From Candidatus Aenigmatarchaeota archaeon (GTDB lineage Archaea > Aenigmatarchaeota > Aenigmatarchaeia > QMZP01): DNA of 10,158 nucleotides. Location of the stretch: contig JAWCLA010000029.1 of the NCBI GenBank assembly GCA_039091855.1, positions 1 through 10,158 on the forward strand, in the 5' to 3' direction. Position 1 is the first letter of the stretch. Every line of letters begins with the position of its first letter. Below are positions 1 through 6,799 of the stretch, piece by piece. The position numbers and the translations under genes are program-made. The notes beneath the pieces were generated by a model, which worked only from the letters and a program-made list of their open reading frames with translations, was not told the DNA's origin and ran no database searches.

Positions 1-111
1 CAGTCTTGCAAGCCTTGCCTTGAGCTGCCCTATGTGAAACTGCGTGTGCTTGTTGTACTGCGTTCTTGCAAGTTCCTCCTCTATTTTCCTGATTTGCTCC
101 TCTATGGTCAT
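1..111 (-). CDS. drg: DRG-family (OBG superfamily) GTP-binding protein, N-terminal 37 codons; runs off the window edge
   Basis: Hand translation from ATG at 111..109 gives [37 protein letters not shown], matching the DRG/Rbg1 N-terminal signature (IxxIExExxRTQxNKxTxxHxGxLKAxLAxL). Absent from the supplied ORF track. Confidence 0.9.
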   Translation of the reverse strand, partial: MTIEEQIRKIEEELARTQYNKHTQFHIGQLKARLARL

Positions 112-153
112 AAATCAATATTAAAAGGCTCGACTATATATTAAGCAGGTAGT
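112..153. promoter_or_regulatory. Back-to-back divergent archaeal promoters (drg / ORF154)
   Basis: 42-bp AT-rich gap. TATATA at 135-140 lies ~24 nt upstream of the drg ATG on the minus strand. TATTAAAA at 119-126 lies ~28 nt upstream of ATG 154 on the plus strand. Confidence 0.5.
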
Positions 154-465
154 ATGTCAAAAAAAATCATAGCCGATTTGTTTATGGTGATTGTGATAGT
201 CTTTTTTCTTATGGCTTTTTTTGTTGTTCCACAGTTGAAGGAGAGTATGCTTGACGTTCTCTGTATGCCAGAACTTATTACAATGCAAAAGCCCGAGTGC
301 ATATTCGGGCCGCTGATGATTCACCTGATACCGTTTTTTGCTATCAGCTGGCTAATAATAAGGTGCTTCATAAAGATAACGAAGTTTGCCTCGTTTGTTG
401 ACTCATCCCCTAAAATTCAGGGTTTTTTCAGAACGCTGTTCGAGAAGCTTAGATTCCTTGACTGA
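154..465 (+). CDS. Hypothetical small membrane protein (2 predicted TM helices)
   Basis: 103-aa ORF filling the gap between drg and top6A. Basic N-terminus, two hydrophobic segments (about aa 5-25 and 50-72) and a Cys pair in the intervening loop. No family recognised. Confidence 0.65.
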   Translation: MSKKIIADLFMVIVIVFFLMAFFVVPQLKESMLDVLCMPELITMQKPECIFGPLMIHLIPFFAISWLIIRCFIKITKFASFVDSSPKIQGFFRTLFEKLRFLD

Positions 466-470
466 ATATT

Positions 471-1556
471 TCAGGGAAGGAAGTCCTTCCTCGCTATCTT
501 GTCAGGTAAGTATGTCTCTGAGATGAACTTTATGCTTTTAGAAGACAAAGCCTCGAGCTCGAGCTTGTAGCCAACCTCCAGCATGTGCTTCAACTCGTAT
601 TGCCATTCCTTTGGCTTGAACCATATATAATTCAGCATCTCGTTGGTTCTCTTTATGTCGCCTTGGTTAAGCTTGATGGTAACGTTGCTCGCAATCTTGT
701 ATTTCTTCACGTCCTGCGTAGTGAGCCCGATGAACTTTGCGTCAGGTGTGCCGAGCCTGTCGGAAAGGAAGGAAAGGTTTATAGAGCCCTGCTTTATGAC
801 CGAGTAGATGTAATATCCCCAAGGGTCGGCGTCAGTGAGGACATAAATAGGCAGCTTGAACTCTTTGTGGAGTCGGTTGATAATCCTCCTCGTGCCCCTG
901 TCGGGCTGTCCCTTTCCTGTTATGATTATGCAGTTGTGCTTCTTCCAGAACTTGTCCTCGTTAAGCCTTTGCCACACAGCGTCTTTCTCTATAACCAAAA
1001 CGAAATCCGCTGAATTGTCAAGCTTTATTATCTCAGGCTCAACATTGGATGGTATTGCCCAGCCAGAGCTTCCCATCTTAGTCCCATCTATCTCGTCGCC
1101 GGAATCGTTTATCACAATTGGTCCTGCTAAATATCCTTTCCTGTCAGCCTTGAGGTGAAGCCTCTCTCTTAATGTGTTTAATGCTGCCTCTATGTCTTCT
1201 ATTATAGGGTCCGATTCCTCCTGCTCCTCAAATGTATTCTCTTTTGTTTCTGGAATAGTGCGTTTCAAGGCGTAGTACAAATCCCTGATTGATATGGTTA
1301 CGCCCTGCTCTATTATTTTTTTGCACTCAGCTGCAACCATCAGCGTCTGCATAAACTTCCTGGTGTGAGCAATATTCAGGTATGTCCTGTGGCTGACCTT
1401 GTTTCCGAGCCTTATAAGGTTGTGCTTCTCGTCAAAGTAAATGTTGGAAAGCGTGCGGATGGGAAGTTTTATGTCAGGGTTCTCCATCCTCTCTATCTGC
1501 TCAATCACACCTTTGGCAAGCCTTATCAGGTCTTCCTTTGGGTTTTTGCTATACAT
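471..1556 (-). CDS. top6A: DNA topoisomerase VI subunit A (Spo11-like)
   Basis: Catalytic-Tyr motif SIRDLYY, TOPRIM motifs VIEKDA and TDADPWG, plus GQPDRGTRR and KLELEAL. Start reassigned from 1616 to ATG 1556 (MYSKNPK): it lies 1 nt after the top6B stop and follows SD-like GAGTGA. Confidence 0.96.
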   Translation of the reverse strand: MYSKNPKEDLIRLAKGVIEQIERMENPDIKLPIRTLSNIYFDEKHNLIRLGNKVSHRTYLNIAHTRKFMQTLMVAAECKKIIEQGVTISIRDLYYALKRTIPETKENTFEEQEESDPIIEDIEAALNTLRERLHLKADRKGYLAGPIVINDSGDEIDGTKMGSSGWAIPSNVEPEIIKLDNSADFVLVIEKDAVWQRLNEDKFWKKHNCIIITGKGQPDRGTRRIINRLHKEFKLPIYVLTDADPWGYYIYSVIKQGSINLSFLSDRLGTPDAKFIGLTTQDVKKYKIASNVTIKLNQGDIKRTNEMLNYIWFKPKEWQYELKHMLEVGYKLELEALSSKSIKFISETYLPDKIARKDFLP

Positions 1557-1557
1557 A

Positions 1558-3174
1558 TCACTCTTCGCTTCCATTCTCACCATCTCCATTTTCCTTTTCC
1601 GAATTGGTTGAATCATTCTCCTCTGATGTGTCCTCTGCTATTATCTCGTTCCATCTTGCCTCTACTATCTTCATGAGGGTTTCCTGTATTTTTTTCTTCG
1701 ACACTCCTGTAAGCTCCTCAAGAGCAGCGGCTGTTTCATAAGCATACTTGTAAAGCGTGTTTTTCTTCTCCTCTATCATCTGCGCCCTTCTCACACTTGA
1801 CAGGTGAATAGAAAGCCTTCTGGCACAGTCCTGCAGCGCTAGCTTTATCTCCCTTATTATCTCGTCATAAGAGGATACAGCCTCCTTTGACTCAGACGTG
1901 AACGGGACCCATACGGATGCTATGTGGATGAAAAGGGCAACAGGACCTTCCGGCAACTTGTCGCCAGGTATTCCGTATCTCTTCCAGTCAACAAGCATCG
2001 CTGCCTTTGTTATCGCGCAGTCCCCCTGCTGGTATAAAAGAGGGACCTTGTTGGCGAACCTCATTATTGTGGGTTCTGTTATTGAGCCGCCATATGCTAT
2101 GCCAACCTCTATCTGGAACGGCCAGCCACGGTAAACAGATGGTGGCCTTGACAGGGCTGAAACCCATTCAGGGTTTAGCTCCTTCTTCAAGCCGCTCTCT
2201 ATTAACTCTGTCCCTAGAGGAGAAAGGCAATCCGTTGGTGGCCTTGTTATCTTGACTTCCTTTATTGCCTTTGCAAGCTTCAGAACCTCCTCCTGGGATA
2301 TTTTCCTAGGGCTTATCTTCGGGTCAACACCAGCTGCCTTGCATATCTGTTCAGCTGTCAGCTTACCAACCCTGCTGAATTCGGTCGTGAAGAATGAAGC
2401 GCATGTCCTTGCCTTTGTCTCATGCAGCATTCTTGATAGAATCCCAACCTCAACCCCATCAAGGTGCGGCTGTATCTCCTTTGCCTCGACGGGCAGCGAA
2501 TTCACAGACCTCTTGAACTCTACCCTTCCGTTCGGGGAATCAAATATTATGTTTGCATAGGGATTCGCTATTGCAACCTGCTTCAGGAATTCCAGCACGC
2601 TCTGTTTGTGCTCCCTGTAAACGCCTTCTGCGACAAATGTTATCTGAACACCGTGCCACTTGTTGTCACCGTCCTCTATTGTCTCCTCCTCAAGGATTTT
2701 GGGCTCGTTCGTCTTGACGTCTATCTTCAATGCGTATTTGTGCGTTTTCCCGTCCCCTATTGAGGAATAAACAACAGTAGGCTCGCCTGTGGTGAGTTGT
2801 GAGTACAAAACGCAACCTGAAATGCCTATTCCCTGTTGTCCCCTGTTCTGCTTTAACCTGTGGAACTTCGAGCCGTACAAAAGCTTTCCAAAAATGTTCG
2901 GTATGTGTTTCTTAAGTATGCCCGGCCCGTTATCCTTAATGATTATCCGGTATTTCTCCTTCTCTATCTCCTCTACCTTTACGTAAATATCAGGGAGTAT
3001 GCGCGCCTCTTCCGTCGCGTCAAGTGCGTTGTCCACGGCCTCCTTCACTATTGTAAGGAGTGCCTTTATCTTGTTGTCGTATCCAAGAAGGTGGCGGTTC
3101 TTCTCAAAGAACTGGGATATGCTTATCTCCCTCTGCTCCGCCATCTGGTGTGCTGTTTTTGGTGTATCTGACAT
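1558..3174 (-). CDS. top6B: DNA topoisomerase VI subunit B (GHKL ATPase + H2TH + transducer)
   Basis: GHKL motifs EAVDNALDA, DNGPGI, GKLLYGSKF and RGQQGIGISG; H2TH region FSRVGKLTAEQIC; switch lysine in RFANKVPL; WKRYG motif; SD-like GGGAGA at 3181-3186. Confidence 0.97.
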   Translation of the reverse strand: MSDTPKTAHQMAEQREISISQFFEKNRHLLGYDNKIKALLTIVKEAVDNALDATEEARILPDIYVKVEEIEKEKYRIIIKDNGPGILKKHIPNIFGKLLYGSKFHRLKQNRGQQGIGISGCVLYSQLTTGEPTVVYSSIGDGKTHKYALKIDVKTNEPKILEEETIEDGDNKWHGVQITFVAEGVYREHKQSVLEFLKQVAIANPYANIIFDSPNGRVEFKRSVNSLPVEAKEIQPHLDGVEVGILSRMLHETKARTCASFFTTEFSRVGKLTAEQICKAAGVDPKISPRKISQEEVLKLAKAIKEVKITRPPTDCLSPLGTELIESGLKKELNPEWVSALSRPPSVYRGWPFQIEVGIAYGGSITEPTIMRFANKVPLLYQQGDCAITKAAMLVDWKRYGIPGDKLPEGPVALFIHIASVWVPFTSESKEAVSSYDEIIREIKLALQDCARRLSIHLSSVRRAQMIEEKKNTLYKYAYETAAALEELTGVSKKKIQETLMKIVEARWNEIIAEDTSEENDSTNSEKENGDGENGSEE

Positions 3175-3237
3175 ATTTTATCTCCCTTTTTATATCCATT
3201 TTGAACACTAAATCCCTTCAAAATACAGAAGGAAATT

Positions 3238-4023
3238 TCAGATTTTCGCTCGCTTCACAATTGTCTCGATATGCTTAAATTCCTTTTCATCCAAATCAGC
3301 GACTCTTTTCACAAGTAGTTTATTATTTATTTTCAAACTATTTATTGCTTTCCTTGCTTCCCTCTTTGTCGCTTTTCTGCCAAGAAAACCTGTGCAAAAA
3401 ACCTCCCTCAGCGCGTTCTTGAGCAGCATCTTGTCCCTCATAAGCAGTTCGGCTGCAAGGGATTTACTCTTTGGAACAAGAACGACCGCAACGGAAGACG
3501 TCCTTGGCACAGGGCGAAAAGCCACCCTTGGAATCTCAAACATAAGCTTTATGTCAAAAAATTCCTGCGCAAAAAAAGACAGCTTGGATCTCTTTTTATC
3601 TCCCTGCCTTGCAATCAGCCTGTAAGCAAATGATTTTGGGAATGCAAACACCCCTTTCTTGAATCTGAATTTGGGCAGCCTCCTGACAAGCGCCTCACAA
3701 ATTGAGTAAGGGGTGTTTGAGACAATCCTGTCAAAATTTGGCTTTTCCCTGTCAAGAAAATCCAGCACGTTCTCCACAACAATTTCCGCATTTTGAATTC
3801 CCATCTCCCTTAACTCCCTTCCGAGTGAAGGGTCTATCTCAACAGCTATAACATTTCCCGCTTTTTTCGCAATCTCTCTTGTGACAGTTCCCTTACCTGC
3901 TCCTATTTCCAGGACTGTCTCCCCCTTTCGAATCCCCGCAAGGGAAACAATCCTTCTTATTAGAGCAGTGTCATTCATAAAGTGCTGGTCTAGAATCAGC
4001 ACAGGGCTTGTATTCTTAGGCAT
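3238..4023 (-). CDS. rsmA: 16S rRNA adenine dimethyltransferase (RsmA/KsgA/Dim1 family)
   Basis: DQHFM motif, SAM-binding VLEIGAGKG, AVEID, motif IV SNTPY and AFRPVPRTSS. Start placed at ATG 4023 (MPKNTSP) because the longer ORF to 4062 begins at TTG and runs through the terminator-like region. Confidence 0.9.
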   Translation of the reverse strand: MPKNTSPVLILDQHFMNDTALIRRIVSLAGIRKGETVLEIGAGKGTVTREIAKKAGNVIAVEIDPSLGRELREMGIQNAEIVVENVLDFLDREKPNFDRIVSNTPYSICEALVRRLPKFRFKKGVFAFPKSFAYRLIARQGDKKRSKLSFFAQEFFDIKLMFEIPRVAFRPVPRTSSVAVVLVPKSKSLAAELLMRDKMLLKNALREVFCTGFLGRKATKREARKAINSLKINNKLLVKRVADLDEKEFKHIETIVKRAKI

Positions 4024-4038
4024 AATAAAATTTTGGAT

Positions 4039-4082
4039 TAAAAAAATAAAAGGTGCCTTCAACTAAAAAACCTTTCACCTTT
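4039..4082 (-). terminator. Putative terminator of the 87-aa membrane protein gene
   Basis: 7-bp inverted repeat AAAGGTG (4049-4055) / CACCTTT (4076-4082), followed on the minus strand by an oligo-T tract (4039-4046). A second T6 tract lies at 4065-4070. Confidence 0.45.
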
Positions 4083-4095
4083 GGGTTGCTGTGTT

Positions 4096-4359
4096 TTACT
4101 TCTGCATAAGCGTCAGCGCTGCCCACAAGGCACCAATCAGCAGGAATATCAATCCAATCACGTCGAACAACATTGCCCCATAAAAGGCCACTGAAGCCTC
4201 TATTCCCGAGAACACGTTGAATCCGTGCGCCAGCAGGAAGAGAACACCTGATGCCGCTATGAAGCTGAACGCCCTCGCTGCCTTTGTGCGTATCTTTGCA
4301 AACTCTGCAAACACTGGCGCGAGCAATATTGTCGCGATTGCCAAAACGTCCAAAGCCAT
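4096..4359 (-). CDS. Hypothetical small integral membrane protein (~3 TM)
   Basis: 87 aa, strongly hydrophobic, with a basic loop KIRTKAAR. Strong SD AGGTGA (4364-4369) 4 nt upstream of the ATG. Confidence 0.8.
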   Translation of the reverse strand: MALDVLAIATILLAPVFAEFAKIRTKAARAFSFIAASGVLFLLAHGFNVFSGIEASVAFYGAMLFDVIGLIFLLIGALWAALTLMQK

Positions 4360-4363
4360 TTTA

Positions 4364-4398
4364 TCACCTGATAAATATTAGATGGTGTCGCTAATAAA
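4364..4398 (-). promoter_or_regulatory. SD motif and TATA-like box for the 87-aa gene
   Basis: Minus strand reads CAGGTGAtaaaATG. TTTATTA at 4392-4398 would place transcription start just upstream of the SD. Confidence 0.5.
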
Positions 4399-4446
4399 TG
4401 AAAAATGAAAAATACGCTTATTGACGATTTTTATTTAAGGAGACAA

Positions 4447-5271
4447 TTACAAATAAACCTCTATGGCGGCCGCGAGGAAAATAAGTGAAACCGCTATCCC
4501 CAGAATCTTAATGCTGTCGGCTGTTATTATTTTCAGCATATGGGAGTCCCTGTTCCTTATGAGCGCGGCGGACAGAAGCCCGCCTGCCAGCCCTGCTGTC
4601 ACAAACCCCGCTATCTCCGGTATGCCGTGGGGAAGGAAGCCGAGGGTAACGAGAGGTATGTGCCAAATTGTTTCTGAAAGCTTTGCCCCAACGTAAACGC
4701 CGAGTATAGATGCGTTCCAGGAGATTATGAAGACGACGCCTGCCCCGAATATGAAGGAGAAAATAAGCGAAAAGGTCATTACCTGAAGGTTGTTGATAAG
4801 TATTCTGTTGAAAAGGGCTGACTTGCTTTCTATCGCGGCCCCTGTTACGCCTGTGTTTATTCCCTTTATCTGGTTTATCTTCGCTATCTGCACCTGGAAA
4901 AGTTCCTCAGGGAGTATGAATGACCAGAAGGCGAAAGCCATTGTCAAGCCGAGGAAAAAGAAAAGCATAATCATTATGTCCTTCTCGTGTCTGACCCAGA
5001 AGAACTTCTCGTGATGCTCTCTTATGTATTCCTCCTCGAGAAGCTCCTCCTTCTTGAGAAGGTGGGTTATGAAATATGATGATGGCAGTATAACAAAAAG
5101 CACTGCGAAAAGCCCTGTGGGGTCAAAGGATATGCTGGAGATTATCACCCTGTATGAAACCTGAGCGCTTATGAAAATCGCTATGCTTCCCATTATAAAA
5201 GCCCACGGGAACATTAGGTAGGGCTTTTTTGTTATCTCCTTGAAACTCACGAGGGATTCAAGCATATGCAT
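4447..5271 (-). CDS. SpoIIM / DUF95-family integral membrane protein
   Basis: Family motifs ILINNL, WNASILG, PHGIPEI and C-terminal AAAIEVY; multiple TM segments. Start may be 5271 or 5265. Confidence 0.85.
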   Translation of the reverse strand: MHMLESLVSFKEITKKPYLMFPWAFIMGSIAIFISAQVSYRVIISSISFDPTGLFAVLFVILPSSYFITHLLKKEELLEEEYIREHHEKFFWVRHEKDIMIMLFFFLGLTMAFAFWSFILPEELFQVQIAKINQIKGINTGVTGAAIESKSALFNRILINNLQVMTFSLIFSFIFGAGVVFIISWNASILGVYVGAKLSETIWHIPLVTLGFLPHGIPEIAGFVTAGLAGGLLSAALIRNRDSHMLKIITADSIKILGIAVSLIFLAAAIEVYL

Positions 5272-5309
5272 CCCAATATTATTTATTGCATTGATAGGAT
5301 TAATATACT
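5272..5309. promoter_or_regulatory. Overlapping divergent promoters (SpoIIM-like / hycI)
   Basis: 38-bp gap. TTATTTAT at 5279-5286 is ~24 nt before ATG 5310. TATATTAAT (minus strand, 5299-5307) lies upstream of 5271. Confidence 0.45.
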
Positions 5310-5723
5310 ATGACATTTGTTATCGGAGTGGGTAACGAGTTGAAATGTGATGATGGAATGGGTTCAGGAAAGGACATTCTTGTCATCCCTCCTGAAGTCC
5401 CTGAGAATTGGATAGAGCCCATAATAAAGTTCAAGCCAGAAGTCCTTATTTTGGTTGATGCTGCTGATTTCGGTGGAAAGTCAGGCGAGATAAGGGTGAT
5501 AAGGGAAGATGAGATAAGCAAGGTATTCACTAACACACACAGCGTGCCGCTTGTTCTTTTTCTGGAGGCGATAAAAAAGAAAGTCAAAACAAAAACGATT
5601 TTTATAGGAATACAGCCAAAGACAACAGGGTTTGAAAAACCTATCAGCAGAGAAGTCAGGGAAGCGGGAAGAAAGGCAGCTGATGCAATAAAGAAGATTG
5701 TTTCATTCCAGGCAAAGGTTTAG
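5310..5723 (+). CDS. hycI: Hydrogenase maturation endopeptidase, HycI type (peptidase A31)
   Basis: Motifs GVGNELKCDDGMG, VPEN, LVDAADFGGKSGEIR, NTHSVPL and FIGIQP. The metal-ligand Asp/Asp/His set appears retained. Confidence 0.88.
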   Translation: MTFVIGVGNELKCDDGMGSGKDILVIPPEVPENWIEPIIKFKPEVLILVDAADFGGKSGEIRVIREDEISKVFTNTHSVPLVLFLEAIKKKVKTKTIFIGIQPKTTGFEKPISREVREAGRKAADAIKKIVSFQAKV

Positions 5724-6151
5724 CCCGTAACCTTCACATTCTGACATTCTGCATAAATCTCGTACTCGTTTCCGTATTTCTGGAATTTTCCAGTAACTGA
5801 AACGTTGTCGTTCCTTTTGATGTCAACAGCACCCTTGTATTTGGAACAAAACACCTTTAATTCCTCTTTCCCGTCTGTTATGTAAAACTGCTGATACTCA
5901 TAGCCTTTCTTTGACTTGTAGTCGGAAAGAACCCTGCTGACTGTTCCCTGGACGGAAATCGTCCTATCCAGTGGAAGCTCCTGGAGCATCTGCGAAACGC
6001 TTCCCATCTCTTCCGAAGCGAGCTCGTCTTCAAAGGGGTTTACGTATACCACCCTTCCCGTGAGCTGCCCACCAACCCATGCAATGACAAGGGTTCCAGC
6101 TATGAAAGCGCCGAATATGCCAAGCCTAAGCAAGTCCCTGTTTATTTTCAT
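5720..6151 (-). CDS. Membrane-anchored OB-fold protein
   Basis: N-terminal basic residues then one TM helix (about aa 10-28). C-terminal OB-fold pattern ISVQGTV...FYITDGKEELKVF...DNVSVTGKFQKY...YEI. ATGA overlap with the upstream hydrolase gene. Confidence 0.78.
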   Translation of the reverse strand: MKINRDLLRLGIFGAFIAGTLVIAWVGGQLTGRVVYVNPFEDELASEEMGSVSQMLQELPLDRTISVQGTVSRVLSDYKSKKGYEYQQFYITDGKEELKVFCSKYKGAVDIKRNDNVSVTGKFQKYGNEYEIYAECQNVKVTG

Positions 6152-6609
6152 TTTAATCCACCAGTCAGCCTGAATTTTTCAGGAATTTTCCCAATGGTTT
6201 TTGGGTTGAACGCCAAGATAAAGACAATGGACCAAAAAACTATCCCCCAGTTCGCCACGGGGTTGGAGTACGTTGCGATGTTCATTGTGAGAAACATTGT
6301 AGTAAATGGGTAAAGCCACATTATGCCTGTCGGGTTAATGGTGTCAAGGAAAAGATGGGAGAGGAATCCTGCCCCAAATCCAGCGCAAATGTCGGTTCTC
6401 CTTGTTGCAAAGTAAATTGCAATCATTGCCAACCCAAGAAAAACGGGTGTGTGGAAAATCCCCCTGTGAATCAGTGGAAACCCGAAGCCTGTTGCGAAAA
6501 AAATTGTGTCGGCGTCCGCGACAACCCCAGCAATTGCAGTGGTCTTCAGGGGAAATTTCATTATGCTGCCAATCGCAAGCGCAAAGGCCAAATGAGTGAG
6601 GAAGAGCAT
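6148..6609 (-). CDS. Membrane-bound metal-dependent hydrolase (YdjM/DUF457-like)
   Basis: Conserved motifs THL, ADAD (PDxD equivalent), HRGIFHT, SHLFLD and GIMWLYPF, with hydrophobic segments. Confidence 0.85.
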   Translation of the reverse strand: MLFLTHLAFALAIGSIMKFPLKTTAIAGVVADADTIFFATGFGFPLIHRGIFHTPVFLGLAMIAIYFATRRTDICAGFGAGFLSHLFLDTINPTGIMWLYPFTTMFLTMNIATYSNPVANWGIVFWSIVFILAFNPKTIGKIPEKFRLTGGLK

Positions 6610-6631
6610 ATACTTTACTTGGAGAGGAGGG

Positions 6632-6645
6632 TTAAAAGCTTATCC
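6632..6645 (-). promoter_or_regulatory. TATA-like box for a probably leaderless hydrolase-OB-fold transcript
   Basis: Minus strand GGATAAGC-TTTTAA, ending ~23 nt upstream of ATG 6609, with no SD motif in between. Confidence 0.45.
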
Positions 6646-6739
6646 AAAAAATGTTATAATTTTCATAATTTTTCACAGATTACATTACTTCGCTTCAAAT
6701 CATCAATTATCTATCAGTTTTGTTAAGACATTTTTTGGA
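6643..6739. repeat. 17-bp inverted repeat pair flanking a 63-bp AT-rich spacer
   Basis: TCCAAAAAATGTTATAA (6643-6659) vs TTAAGACATTTTTTGGA (6723-6739): 15/17 complementary, with the outer 12 bp perfect. Confidence 0.8.
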
Positions 6740-6741
6740 AA

Positions 6742-6771
6742 GACGACTTTGTTATATTGGCTAAAGTCGTC
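6742..6771. repeat. Perfect 9-bp inverted repeat (hairpin, 12-nt loop)
   Basis: GACGACTTT (6742-6750) / AAAGTCGTC (6763-6771). Confidence 0.8.
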
Positions 6772-6773
6772 AA

Positions 6774-6799
6774 TACCTAAAAATTCTAATTTTGAGGTA
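6774..6799. repeat. Near-perfect 26-bp palindrome
   Basis: TACCTAAAAATT-CT-AATTTTGAGGTA; arms are 11/12 complementary. Confidence 0.8.

Noticed and set aside
4..72. Direct repeat TCTTGCAAG at 4-12 and 64-72
   Set aside because: Both copies encode Leu-Ala-Arg within the DRG N-terminus.
1557..1616. 20-aa N-terminal extension of Top6A in the ORF track
   Set aside because: Overlaps the top6B tail; ATG 1556 has an SD-like motif and gives a normal length.
585..3278. Multiple plus-strand ORFs overlapping top6A/top6B
   Set aside because: Antisense shadows of conserved genes, with no motifs or expression signals.
4024..4062. 13-aa N-terminal extension of RsmA
   Set aside because: TTG start running through an AT-rich terminator/promoter region; ATG 4023 is more plausible.
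4396..4413. Short tandem AAATGAAAAATGAAAAAT
   Set aside because: Low complexity; at most T-tracts ending the SpoIIM-like transcript.
3392..5587. Short ORFs 3392, 3881, 4463, 4790 (+) and 5300-5587 (-)
   Set aside because: Antisense to rsmA, the SpoIIM-like gene and hycI.
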